The notes: generated by a model not told the origin, from the letters alone. A stretch of 64,000 bases of DNA from Candidatus Obscuribacteraceae bacterium (GCA_044229845.1 JBGASG010000003.1:352001-416000); one strand, 5' to 3'; counted from the stretch's first letter, positions 1 through 8,558 are shown. Numbers and translations: made by a program.

Positions 1-647
1 GAACGGCTGCCGATCGGGAAGTCGTGCTGCACAGCCGTCGTCACTGAGTTGATATTGGTGTTGAGCTTGATGTTGTGGGCCAGCGAATCTCGCAGGAAGA
101 AATAGTTGACGTAAGCCCGAGTACGCGGCGTGAAAGTCCATCCCGCAGTAACGTTGGGCAAGATACGGAAGACCGTATCTTCGCGGCTGGCGAGAGCCAA
201 AATGCTCGACACTTGATTTTTCTGGAATGCCGAAAGGCGGAAAAAGTCATTGCCCTGCGGCAAGGTGGTGATCAAGTTGCGCTTGGTAGGAAACTGGAAA
301 ACGTTGGTTTCGACACGCACCGATGTTTCGGCGGTGCCGGTCAGATAGAGCCGGGAAGGCAGAGCTTGCAACAATCGCAACTGGAGATTTTCTCCGACCG
401 TCATACGATTGCCGAGCGACTGAGCCGGCAAAGTATCGGTCGGCAAGATGGTCGTGCCAGTGGGCGCCTGCACGTTGGGCAGGTCGACACGGGGAGCGGG
501 AGTTGTAGTTGTAGGAGGGGCGATCTGCGCCACCGCCGGCGAAGCCACAAAACCGGCCAGCAAAATGCCGATAGTGCTTGCGCGCTTCACCACGTCATCT
601 GTCAGCCGAGGGGCTATTTTTCTCGCCGATGCCACCGGGTTACCCAT
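1..647 (-). CDS. Exported hypothetical protein, partial (runs off the window start); possible outer-membrane beta-barrel
   Basis: Not in the ORF track. Manual translation from ATG at 647: MGNPVASARKIAPRLTDDVVKRASTIGILLAGFVASPAVAQ (signal-peptide-like, AVA-Q), a Pro/Thr linker, then strand-like segments (RILPNVTAGWTFTPRTRAYVNYFF). The frame stays open to position 1. Start codon uncertain. Confidence 0.7.
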   Translation of the reverse strand, partial: MGNPVASARKIAPRLTDDVVKRASTIGILLAGFVASPAVAQIAPPTTTTPAPRVDLPNVQAPTGTTILPTDTLPAQSLGNRMTVGENLQLRLLQALPSRLYLTGTAETSVRVETNVFQFPTKRNLITTLPQGNDFFRLSAFQKNQVSSILALASREDTVFRILPNVTAGWTFTPRTRAYVNYFFLRDSLAHNIKLNTNINSVTTAVQHDFPIGSR

Positions 648-757
648 TAGTAAGCGATCGCTCCCAGCAGCCCTCGCTAGTGCTCTTTGGAACACAGCCG
701 TGAACTACACTGGGAGCAATCCTACATGTCGTCCTGTGTAGAAGCAAGACGTTATCA

Positions 758-930
758 TTGACCTCCTCACTTTCTTGAGAGGAAAGTGATCCCGACTCGG
801 AGTCCGACATGAACGCCGACACGGTGGGTTCCTGCTTCATCGAGGTTGCCAGAATTTCTGGTCTTAAGTCCTCTCCACAGGCTCATCGGGCGAGCCCCGC
901 CCTGCAGTCCCTGCGTGGTTCAGCAGGGAC
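758..930 (-). ncRNA. Orphan IS200/IS605 TnpB-type omegaRNA (reRNA)/right-end scaffold
   Basis: Minus strand reads AGGGCGGGGCTCGCCCGATGAGCCTGTGGAGAGG...AAGACCAGAAATTCTGGCAACCTCGATGAAGCAGGAACCC...GGGATCACTTTCCTCTCAAGAAAGTGAGGAGGTCAA. It translates as the typical TnpB tail RAGLAR*ACGE..RP....SMKQEP. A subterminal hairpin and terminal TCAA are present; there is no tnpB ORF upstream. Confidence 0.75.
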
Positions 931-1195
931 CATACATACGTATCTCATAGTTGAGTTTCCGTTTGCAACTCCAGTTTCTAACTGCCGACTCCGCCGGCGG
1001 TGCTCTCTCCTCCATCGCGCCCCTGAACTCAATGGTCAAGATGTAGCTGAGAGAATCCGATGACTGATATCGTTCGAATAGCCATCTGTGTTTGAGAAAG
1101 CGGCGAATCAGGTATGTACTTGACGGGGTTTCCAGATTCCCGTAACGTAGCGGGCAAGACATTTTCAGGAATTCCGCCGTCGGCCGCAGCGGCGT

Positions 1196-1204
1196 TGTTA
1201 CAAT
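1196..1204 (+). promoter_or_regulatory. Extended -10 promoter element (TGnTACAAT) upstream of the response regulator
   Basis: TGTTACAAT about 50 bp upstream of the start at 1257. Confidence 0.5.
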
Positions 1205-1256
1205 AGAGCGGTGACTACCAAAGACGAAGTTCGTCTAAATCTTATCCGGAGCAACT

Positions 1257-2108
1257 TTGGAAACTATTCCGACCGGCAGTCAGCCTCGACCGACGGTATT
1301 CCGTCCGAAAACAGTCATCTGCGAAAGACATGAACTGATTCGCTTTGGCTTGAAGCGGGTGGTATCGGAGGTGCTCGAGATTGTCGGCGAAGCTTCCGAC
1401 GGCATGGCTGCCACCGAGGTGATTCGCCGGTTGCAACCGCATTTCGTCATACTCGACGTCGACCTGGATATTCTCAACGGCGTTGAAGTAGCGCGCCGGG
1501 TGTCGCAAGAATTTCCCAACAGCAACATCCTCTGCCTGACTGATTCTTATCACGCCACCAAATATCACAACCAGCTCATCCGCTCTGGTGTGCGCGGCTT
1601 CTGCCTGAAGAGTTCAGGACCGCGCACGCTGTTCGAAGCCATCGAACAGGTAACTCGCGGATTGCCTTATTGCGACCCGAAGATCACACAGTTGGTCAAG
1701 CAAACGCCATCGAATGCGATGCCCAACACCAACCTCACGGATCGCGAAATCGAAGTCTTGATTCGTCTGGATTTGCGCAACAAAGAAATCGCCGAAGAAC
1801 TGGACATGAAGCTGCGCACGGTGGAGAAACATATCGAGTGCATCCTGGCAAAACTGAAGGTTCCCACTCGCACGGCGGCTGCACTTAAAGCTGTGCAGTT
1901 GGGTTATGTGCTCTTGCCGAAGATGCCCGGCCGCGACCCGGTGACCGGCGTCACTTACGAGCAGACTGTCGCCGAACTGCAGGCCGAACTGGCCATCGCC
2001 AACGAGCACTTGAAGGCACTTTTGAAGCAAAACGAACTCCTGAAAGACGCGTTGCACGATCGGATGCGGCAGCAGCAGAACAAACCGCCGGACAATCCGT
2101 CGACATAG
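1257..2108 (+). CDS. NarL/LuxR-family response regulator with C-terminal coiled-coil extension
   Basis: REC domain (IVGEASDG, VILDVDL, LT, CLKS), LuxR HTH (LTDREIEVL...NKEIAEEL....RTVEKH...ILAKL), then a heptad-rich tail. Confidence 0.9.
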   Translation: METIPTGSQPRPTVFRPKTVICERHELIRFGLKRVVSEVLEIVGEASDGMAATEVIRRLQPHFVILDVDLDILNGVEVARRVSQEFPNSNILCLTDSYHATKYHNQLIRSGVRGFCLKSSGPRTLFEAIEQVTRGLPYCDPKITQLVKQTPSNAMPNTNLTDREIEVLIRLDLRNKEIAEELDMKLRTVEKHIECILAKLKVPTRTAAALKAVQLGYVLLPKMPGRDPVTGVTYEQTVAELQAELAIANEHLKALLKQNELLKDALHDRMRQQQNKPPDNPST

Positions 2109-2187
2109 CCTCAAGGCAGACACGCGAAAAACATCAGTCCTTCGCATGCGTGCGCCCGTGCGGCTCGACTGGCGTCTCGAATAGAAG

Positions 2188-2196
2188 TGCTATGCT
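2188..2196 (+). promoter_or_regulatory. Extended -10 element (TGnTATGCT)
   Basis: TGCTATGCT 30 bp upstream of the CDS at 2227; the identical 9-mer occurs at 28885-28893 upstream of another gene. Confidence 0.45.
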
Positions 2197-2226
2197 TTAG
2201 GTGGTTAAGCCTGTAAGGTTTTTGCG

Positions 2227-3237
2227 GTGAAGATCGCGCATATCGCGGCGGTACTGATTTCTGTCTCTTTTGCCACGTGTCCCAAGCTGGCCATCGGCAA
2301 AGAGATGTCTTCCAACGGGCATTTTCAGATCGCCGGCAAAACCAGTCGCACCATTCAGAAATACACCGGACTGACTTGGGTCGGAAACCATCTGGTTAGC
2401 GCCGGAGCCGGTCTGGCACTGAAGTCCAGGCTCGGCGGCAAAGTAAAAGTAAAAGCACGCAGCTACAGTTTCACCGACATGCTGCAAGGCAAATTCGAAA
2501 CTGTCGAAGTGCACATGAAAAACTCCAAAGTCAAAGGAATTCCGATGGGTACGGTGATCGCCCGCACAGACCAGCCTGTCAAGGTTCGGTACTTCAAAAA
2601 GAATGGTCAGCGGGCCGGGGTTGAGACACCAGTTCTGGTATCACTGTCCGGGTCAATAAATGAAGAGCAAGTGACGCGCGCTCTCAACTCGAAAGAGATA
2701 TCGCAAGTCCTGAGAATTCTCAAACTGGACCTACCTGGACTTGGCGAACAGCAGCTCCAGATCTTAGATCCGGAGGTTTTGCTCGAAAAAGATCAGATTA
2801 CTTTAAAAACGGTGATGATCACAAAAGGGGCCGCGAAAGAAACCGGCGTGCCACTCACCATAGTGGCGCATCCGGTGCTGGAAGGGGATCGCCTGATTGT
2901 CCTTAAAGAGACGAAAATCGACTCCAAGATCATCGAAAAGCCAGAGCTGTTCGCCCAGTTCGCTGAGGAACTGCTCAACCCGCTCTTCGATTTCGGCCGA
3001 TTAGACAGGCAAAGCCATGCTTTGCGAGTGCAGAAATTGAATTTGTCCGACAAAGAAGTCTCATTTGATGGTAAATTGTTGCTGGCACCGAAGCCCAAAG
3101 CAGCGGCGCCGTCCCAGGCGGAAGCCAAAACAGGAAACGCCCAGGCAGGAAACAGCAATCCGCTACCACCGGCAAACAAAGCAGAAGAGACTAAACCTGT
3201 CGACGGCGGCAAGCACGTTTCCGAAAACAAAAACTAG
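2227..3237 (+). CDS. Exported LmeA/DUF2993-like protein
   Basis: Signal peptide; pattern KVKVKARSYSFTDMLQGKFETVEV...INEEQVTRALNS...LLNPLFDF resembles DUF2993; low-complexity tail. Confidence 0.6.
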   Translation: MKIAHIAAVLISVSFATCPKLAIGKEMSSNGHFQIAGKTSRTIQKYTGLTWVGNHLVSAGAGLALKSRLGGKVKVKARSYSFTDMLQGKFETVEVHMKNSKVKGIPMGTVIARTDQPVKVRYFKKNGQRAGVETPVLVSLSGSINEEQVTRALNSKEISQVLRILKLDLPGLGEQQLQILDPEVLLEKDQITLKTVMITKGAAKETGVPLTIVAHPVLEGDRLIVLKETKIDSKIIEKPELFAQFAEELLNPLFDFGRLDRQSHALRVQKLNLSDKEVSFDGKLLLAPKPKAAAPSQAEAKTGNAQAGNSNPLPPANKAEETKPVDGGKHVSENKN

Positions 3238-3251
3238 AAAGTCTGGTTTCT

Positions 3252-3776
3252 ATGCAAAAATCGATGAGTCTGGCTCTGGCAGGGATTCTCTGTGCTTTCC
3301 TGCCTCTCTGCGGCTGTACCCAGCGAACGATTCTCACAGGTAACTCCAGCACCGCAGACAGTATCGCTCCAGAAAAGAACCAGGTGATCGTATGGTTTGT
3401 GCGTACAACCGAGGGCGGTACCAGGTTTGTGGCGGTCAAACGCCCCCAGCGCGGCAACGACAGGCTGGCTTCCGCCCTGCAGGAACTGCTTTCCGGTCCC
3501 AGCGACAAAGAATCCCTGCAAGGGCTGGGCAGTGAAATTCCACGCGGCACCATTTTGCTGGGCGTCAAACATAAGAAAGGCAATCTCGAGGTTGATCTTT
3601 CGCGCCGCTTCGCATCAGGTGGTGGCAGCGATACGATTGAGGCAAGGCTTTCGCAGTTGCAGCGGACCGTAGAATCGAATGACGAAAAAGGCGACGTTTA
3701 TCTGAATGTCGAAGGACAGCGACTGACGATGACGATGGGCGAGGGAATTGAAGTGCCGCAACCGATAAATCGCTGA
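3252..3776 (+). CDS. GerMN-domain lipoprotein
   Basis: Lipobox-like [14 protein letters not shown]...[12 protein letters not shown]...[13 protein letters not shown]...RLSQLQRT. Confidence 0.85.
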   Translation: MQKSMSLALAGILCAFLPLCGCTQRTILTGNSSTADSIAPEKNQVIVWFVRTTEGGTRFVAVKRPQRGNDRLASALQELLSGPSDKESLQGLGSEIPRGTILLGVKHKKGNLEVDLSRRFASGGGSDTIEARLSQLQRTVESNDEKGDVYLNVEGQRLTMTMGEGIEVPQPINR

Positions 3777-3859
3777 ATTTCGCGTGTTCGCGACCGATCA
3801 TCTCGTCCCAGCCCTGAATTGGCAGTTCTTAATAGATCCGGAAGGGGACGCTCCCCATC

Positions 3860-3868
3860 TGGTAAGAT
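3860..3868 (+). promoter_or_regulatory. Extended -10 element upstream of rpmE
   Basis: TGGTAAGAT about 70 bp upstream of the rpmE ATG. Confidence 0.45.
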
Positions 3869-3939
3869 GTCGTTTTGGTCGCGTTTTTAAGCGACCGACG
3901 TACTCGGAAATCAAAGACAGTCATCAAAGAAGGATTGCC

Positions 3940-4164
3940 ATGAAAGAAGGCATTCACCCCAAGTATCAAGAAGTCATCGCCACTTGCGTCTGCGGAAACA
4001 AAGTAGAGCTCGGCTCGACCAAACCGCAAATCAAGGTGGAAATTTGCTCGAACTGCCACCCGTATTACACCGGTCAACAGAAGATTGTTGACACCGAAGG
4101 TCGGGTTGACCGCTTTGTCAAGCGCTACAGCAAGAAGAAAGACGAAGCCGCTGCTAAGAGCTAG
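3940..4164 (+). CDS. rpmE: 50S ribosomal protein L31 (zinc-binding type)
   Basis: [14 protein letters not shown]...[26 protein letters not shown]; start reassigned to ATG 3940 after AAGGA. Confidence 0.98.
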   Translation: MKEGIHPKYQEVIATCVCGNKVELGSTKPQIKVEICSNCHPYYTGQQKIVDTEGRVDRFVKRYSKKKDEAAAKS

Positions 4165-4172
4165 GTGCCACT

Positions 4173-4910
4173 TTGCAATCTGCCAGAGAGAAACTAATCC
4201 TGGCGGTCGATACTTCATCATTGGAAGAAGCTCGTGCGATCGTCGACGAGCTTCATGATTCTGTAGGTATTTTTAAGGTCGGACTGCAGCTGCTGTCCAA
4301 TCACGGACCGAAGATTATCGAAGAACTGGTGTCCGGCGGACTGAAAGTCTTCTGCGACGGCAAGTTTCACGACATCCCCAACACCGTCGAGCAGGCAGCC
4401 GAAGGCATCGCCGGTCACGGCGCTTTCATGTTTACGGTCATGACCTGCGGCGGGAAAAAGATGCTGGAAGGCGCGGTCAAAGGCGCGACACGCGGCTCCG
4501 CGCGCGGCGGACACGCAGCGCCGATTGTGCTAGGAGTAACTGTTCTTACCAGCCTCAGCCAGAAAGTCGTTAATGAGGAGCTGAAAGTAGACCTGCCGGT
4601 CGACGAGTACGTGCTCCATCTGGCTGAACTGGCGCGCGATTCGGGGGTCACAGGCATCGTGGCGTCCGCAGAAGAAGTGGCTCGCTTGCGCCACGCATTG
4701 GGCAAGGAGATGGTGCTGGTGACACCGGGCGTCCGACCGTCGTGGGCGGGAGCAGACGACCAGGCACGCATTGTGACCCCGGCTGATGCCATGAAACGTG
4801 GTGCCGACTACATTGTAGTCGGGCGCCCAATCACGGCTTCGGACAATCGCAAAGCAGCCGCCCAGCGCATTGTGGACGAGATGGAATCAGCCCTGGCGCA
4901 TACGGGTTGA
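4173..4910 (+). CDS. pyrF: Orotidine-5'-phosphate decarboxylase
   Basis: LILAVD, FKVG, DGKFHDIPNTV, VTVLTS, VTPGVRP, DQAR, IVVGRPIT. Confidence 0.97.
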   Translation: MQSAREKLILAVDTSSLEEARAIVDELHDSVGIFKVGLQLLSNHGPKIIEELVSGGLKVFCDGKFHDIPNTVEQAAEGIAGHGAFMFTVMTCGGKKMLEGAVKGATRGSARGGHAAPIVLGVTVLTSLSQKVVNEELKVDLPVDEYVLHLAELARDSGVTGIVASAEEVARLRHALGKEMVLVTPGVRPSWAGADDQARIVTPADAMKRGADYIVVGRPITASDNRKAAAQRIVDEMESALAHTG

Positions 4911-4917
4911 ACCGGAG

Positions 4918-6009
4918 CTAAACAGGTTCAGGCGTTGTTGTTTGCGGGCGAATGTCGTCGTCCGTTTCGATGCTGCCTCCGGGCGGCGGAGCATCAGGAA
5001 GCGCATCAGGAGTGGTATCTATAGAAGTGATGCCGCTCGGCGGCTGTTTGGTCGGCACCACCGGCAGTTTATCTTGAGTGACCTCATTGCTGGCAGCACT
5101 GGCGCGAGCAGTATCACCCCTGGTGGCAGGCATGCGACGTCCGAACATAGACAGGAAGGAATGAAACGGCGTATCTTTGGCTCCAGAAGCCTCAACCGTG
5201 CCATGGTAATAGACATAGGAAAGCGGATCAGCCAGATCCTCGGCGGTATTGTATTTGACCAGCATGCCCCGGTTGGCGGCCGATATGGCACCAGTTTCTT
5301 CCGACACCACCACGCACAGTCCGTCGTAGACCTCGGAAAGTCCGATGGCCGCCCGGTGGCGCGTGCCATAGCGTTGACTGAGTTTTGGGGCTTCAGTCAT
5401 CGGCAAGATTACTCCGGCTGCCACGATTTTGTTTTGCCTGATGATCACGGCACCATCATGCAAAGGCGATGTCGGCAGGAAAATCGCCACCAGCAAAGGC
5501 GCCGAAACATCAGCATTGATGGTCGTCCCCGGGCTCAGGTAATCGCGCTCACCTTCCGGTGGTTCAATCACGATCAGGGCACCGGTTTTGGTGCGCGCCA
5601 ACTCACGCACCGCTGAGATGATCTGTTTGATGACAGCGGCACCACGCTCCTTATCGCTTTCACCCAGCGAAAGATCTACTCGGAATGCCGATTTCCCGAG
5701 ATAGCCCAGACCGCGCCGAATCTCTGGTTGAAACACGATCAGCAAGGCCAAAACAAAAACTGGAATCAACTGCTGGAGAACGGCCGTGATCAAAGTCAAA
5801 CCTGTCACCCATGACAGGATGCAGATGATGAAGAGTACCATGACGCCTTTGACGAGACGCTCAGCCTGTGTGCCTTTGATGCGCGACCAGATCCACATGG
5901 CCGCGTAGCCGATGATAATCAGCTCGAACGTTACTTTGATCAGTCCAACCCAATCAATAACGCGCGCGGCGCCCCAGAATCCGTTGAATTCGAGCCAGAC
6001 TTTGTCCAC
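4918..6009 (-). CDS. cdaA: Membrane-bound diadenylate cyclase (DisA_N domain) with Pro/Thr-rich tail
   Basis: Three N-terminal TM helices, FQPEIRRGL, PLHDGAVII, YGTRHRAAIGLSE, VVSEETG; probable start GTG 6009 (ORF open to 6057). Confidence 0.95.
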   Translation of the reverse strand: MDKVWLEFNGFWGAARVIDWVGLIKVTFELIIIGYAAMWIWSRIKGTQAERLVKGVMVLFIICILSWVTGLTLITAVLQQLIPVFVLALLIVFQPEIRRGLGYLGKSAFRVDLSLGESDKERGAAVIKQIISAVRELARTKTGALIVIEPPEGERDYLSPGTTINADVSAPLLVAIFLPTSPLHDGAVIIRQNKIVAAGVILPMTEAPKLSQRYGTRHRAAIGLSEVYDGLCVVVSEETGAISAANRGMLVKYNTAEDLADPLSYVYYHGTVEASGAKDTPFHSFLSMFGRRMPATRGDTARASAASNEVTQDKLPVVPTKQPPSGITSIDTTPDALPDAPPPGGSIETDDDIRPQTTTPEPV

Positions 6010-6028
6010 AGATTTCCCTGTCAGAGCA

Positions 6029-7378
6029 TCAGAGCAGGCTTTCAGGCACGCGATCAAAACGCAGCAGGTCTTCGTCTGTCTCGCGGTCGATGATGATCTC
6101 CGCTTTGCCGTCTGCCACCAACACGCAGGCTGGGCGCCCGGTACGGTTATAGTTTGACGCCATACTGTAGTTGTAAGCGCCAGTGCCGAAGACAGCGATT
6201 AGATCACCGGTTTCTGCTTCAATATAGGTTTCTTCTATGATTATATCGCCCGACTCACAGTACTTGCCGGCCAGGGTCAGCGCCGGGACCGCGCCGGGGT
6301 GCGAAGACGCGCCATTCATGCGGTTGGCGACCGCAGCGGTATATTGCGCCTGGTAGGTTATCGGCCTCGGGTTATCAGCCATTCCACCATCGACCGCCAG
6401 ATGCACTGTGCCGTTGGGAAGGTGTTTCTTAAATCCGGCGCGATACAAGGTAACGCCCGCAGTGCCCACAATCGTCCGACCTGGTTCGACCAAGAGTTGC
6501 GGCAGCGGCTTGCCGCTTTGCTGGAAAGCGTCCTTCACCTTCGTCGCCACCGCCCGGCTCCACTCCTCGAGATCGGTAGGCCTATCTGAATCGACATAAG
6601 CGATCCCCAACCCGCCGCCCACGTCGAAAACGCTCAGTTGAAACCCCCACTTGTCCTGCAGGCGGTGAAAGCACTCGGCGACGACACGCAGGCTTTCCAA
6701 AAATGGACCCATTTCGTGCGACTGGCTACCGATATGGGCATGCAACCCAATCAAGCTGAGCGACCCACCCGCTTCTTTGATGCGCTGAGCGACTGCGTCC
6801 AGTTGTTCCGGCGCCAGACCGAACTTGCTGCCGGCGTGTCCGGTTTTGATGTGCTTATGCGTATCGGGCTCGACATCGGGAGTCAGACGCAAAAGGACAT
6901 TGGCAGTCTTGCCCAAACCGGCTGCCACCGAGGCGACCAGAGCTACTTCCGGCAAGCTGTCTACGACAATGCGCACATCGCCATAACTGAGCCCTTCGCG
7001 AATTTCCTTCTCCGACTTGTTGTTGCCGTGCATGTAGATCAGCTGGGCAGGAAACTCCGCCTGCCTGGCTGTCAAAAGTTCGCCAGGGGAAACGACATCG
7101 AGTCCGGTTCCCAGTTTCTTCAGCAAATGGCACATAGCCAGACACAAGAACGCCTTGCCTGCATAGAGTATCTGGGCGTCGCCATACCCCGCCAGCCCGC
7201 GCCTGTAGGCGGCAACGGCCTCTTCAATGGTGCGGCGATCGAGCACATAGAGAGGGGTACCGAATTTTTCGGCCAGGTCCACGGTGTCGCAGCCGCCAAT
7301 CACCAGATGGTTTTGGGCATTGATCTGCGCCGAGGTAGGTTGAATGCTCGTGTTGGGGGATTGCACGCGCGCTGTCAT
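6029..7378 (-). CDS. lysA: Diaminopimelate decarboxylase
   Basis: FGTPLYV, YAGKAF, HGNNKS, SKFG, HAHIGSQ, EPGR, GKYCESGD, GAYNYSMASNYN; probable start ATG 7378. Confidence 0.97.
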   Translation of the reverse strand: MTARVQSPNTSIQPTSAQINAQNHLVIGGCDTVDLAEKFGTPLYVLDRRTIEEAVAAYRRGLAGYGDAQILYAGKAFLCLAMCHLLKKLGTGLDVVSPGELLTARQAEFPAQLIYMHGNNKSEKEIREGLSYGDVRIVVDSLPEVALVASVAAGLGKTANVLLRLTPDVEPDTHKHIKTGHAGSKFGLAPEQLDAVAQRIKEAGGSLSLIGLHAHIGSQSHEMGPFLESLRVVAECFHRLQDKWGFQLSVFDVGGGLGIAYVDSDRPTDLEEWSRAVATKVKDAFQQSGKPLPQLLVEPGRTIVGTAGVTLYRAGFKKHLPNGTVHLAVDGGMADNPRPITYQAQYTAAVANRMNGASSHPGAVPALTLAGKYCESGDIIIEETYIEAETGDLIAVFGTGAYNYSMASNYNRTGRPACVLVADGKAEIIIDRETDEDLLRFDRVPESLL

Positions 7379-7546
7379 GAAGGTTACCGGGAAGAAGAGC
7401 CGGTATGGTAACACGCTGCGGTGGGCGCAGCCCCGGGGCTTGCCAACATTCTCGCAAATCGTCACAGGCAGCGGCGCGCGACAGTGATACCGCCTGTGAT
7501 ATCACAGCCGATTGACTGATTGAAATTATCCGGTCTCGGTCTGCAC

Positions 7547-8461
7547 TCAGGGCTGAATCGCGAATGTCTGCTGCGCTCTGGGCGCACTGGGCTGAGTTTT
7601 CCAACCGGCCGGCAGCAGTCCCAAAAGATGGGAGTAGGTGCTGATCGTCGGCAGGTAATCTGAGTGATAGACCAGGTCATCAACCGCTTGCAACTCCAGC
7701 ATTCTTTCCTGAAATCTCTGACGATCGGCCAGCCCGGTAAGGCTGAAGCTCAATCTCGTCAAACTCTCGAAGTCATCATCCATGAGCACGCAGGCCGAGA
7801 TCTGCACCGGAAACGACGCACCTTTGATGATGTTGTGAGCTGATTCCGGTTTGGGCTGCATCCAGCCGGTCGCTTCGTTGTAGACGCCGATGATTCTGCC
7901 TTGAGAGGCATAAACCACGGCCGCCATTTCGGCGGGTAAGGCACCAATCACAACGCATCCGGGTTTGCCGGCAGCGCAGACTTTGGCCAGAGCCCAGTCA
8001 AACTGCCAGTTGGCTTTCACTTTGGGAGGCGGTGGCAGTACCGTTCCATGAAAGAGGGCAGCGGTAGCCAGAGCCAGATCGTCCGGCAGCGGATAGAGAT
8101 CAACGAGATTGCCTCCGGTTGCCAGGTCGGCAACGGAGCACCGGTGGGCCTCGCAGTGCATGAACTGCCCGTTCTGTCCCTTTCGTCCATAGATGCAGCC
8201 AAGCACTCGGCCGCGGTAAATAAGGATGCCTGCACGCGACCGACGTTTGGGATTGATGACTTTCAAAACACCGGTCTTCTTGTTGCCTTCAAGGGTAATC
8301 AGCAACTGGTGATACTTGAGTCCGGTAGTGTTCACAACTTCTTGCTGCCCTGGAGCTGGGCTGGGGAGCAGATTAATGGCTCGACGACTGAGGGCGGTTT
8401 TGGAAGCTGTTTTCGCGGAGATGCTTTGAGCGAACTTTTTAGCGGTGTTCCAAACAATCAT
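7547..8461 (-). CDS. Hypothetical protein with tandem DUF4388/PATAN-like domains (paralog B)
   Basis: Clear paralog of 8616-9527; LLITLEGNKKTGVLKV...GILIYRGRVLG; SD AGGAG before ATG 8461. Confidence 0.7.
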   Translation of the reverse strand: MIVWNTAKKFAQSISAKTASKTALSRRAINLLPSPAPGQQEVVNTTGLKYHQLLITLEGNKKTGVLKVINPKRRSRAGILIYRGRVLGCIYGRKGQNGQFMHCEAHRCSVADLATGGNLVDLYPLPDDLALATAALFHGTVLPPPPKVKANWQFDWALAKVCAAGKPGCVVIGALPAEMAAVVYASQGRIIGVYNEATGWMQPKPESAHNIIKGASFPVQISACVLMDDDFESLTRLSFSLTGLADRQRFQERMLELQAVDDLVYHSDYLPTISTYSHLLGLLPAGWKTQPSAPRAQQTFAIQP

Positions 8462-8558
8462 AATGCTTCTCCTTGAGACCAAGGCGATTGTCCAGAATGT
8501 TGTTCCATCTGCATCCTATCACGCAGCCACAGAGCCTGCTTAAGCATATCTGCAACAG

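Noticed and set aside
75..650. 191-aa plus-strand ORF
   Set aside because: Antisense shadow of the minus-strand exported-protein gene, which the track missed because it runs off the window.
705..758. 17-codon uORF (MITSCFY...) behind GAGGAGG, in frame with the downstream gene
   Set aside because: The apparent SD is part of the GGAGGTCAA right-end motif and is only about 3 nt from the ATG; no evidence for readthrough of the TAG.
640..840. 66-aa ORF MKQEPTVSAF... in the track
   Set aside because: It is the read-through of the TnpB-tail-like RNA scaffold, with an in-frame stop just upstream and no protein features; better explained as ncRNA/IS end.
7379..7546. Possible lysine riboswitch upstream of lysA
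   Set aside because: No L-box conserved segments recognised and the spacer is short.
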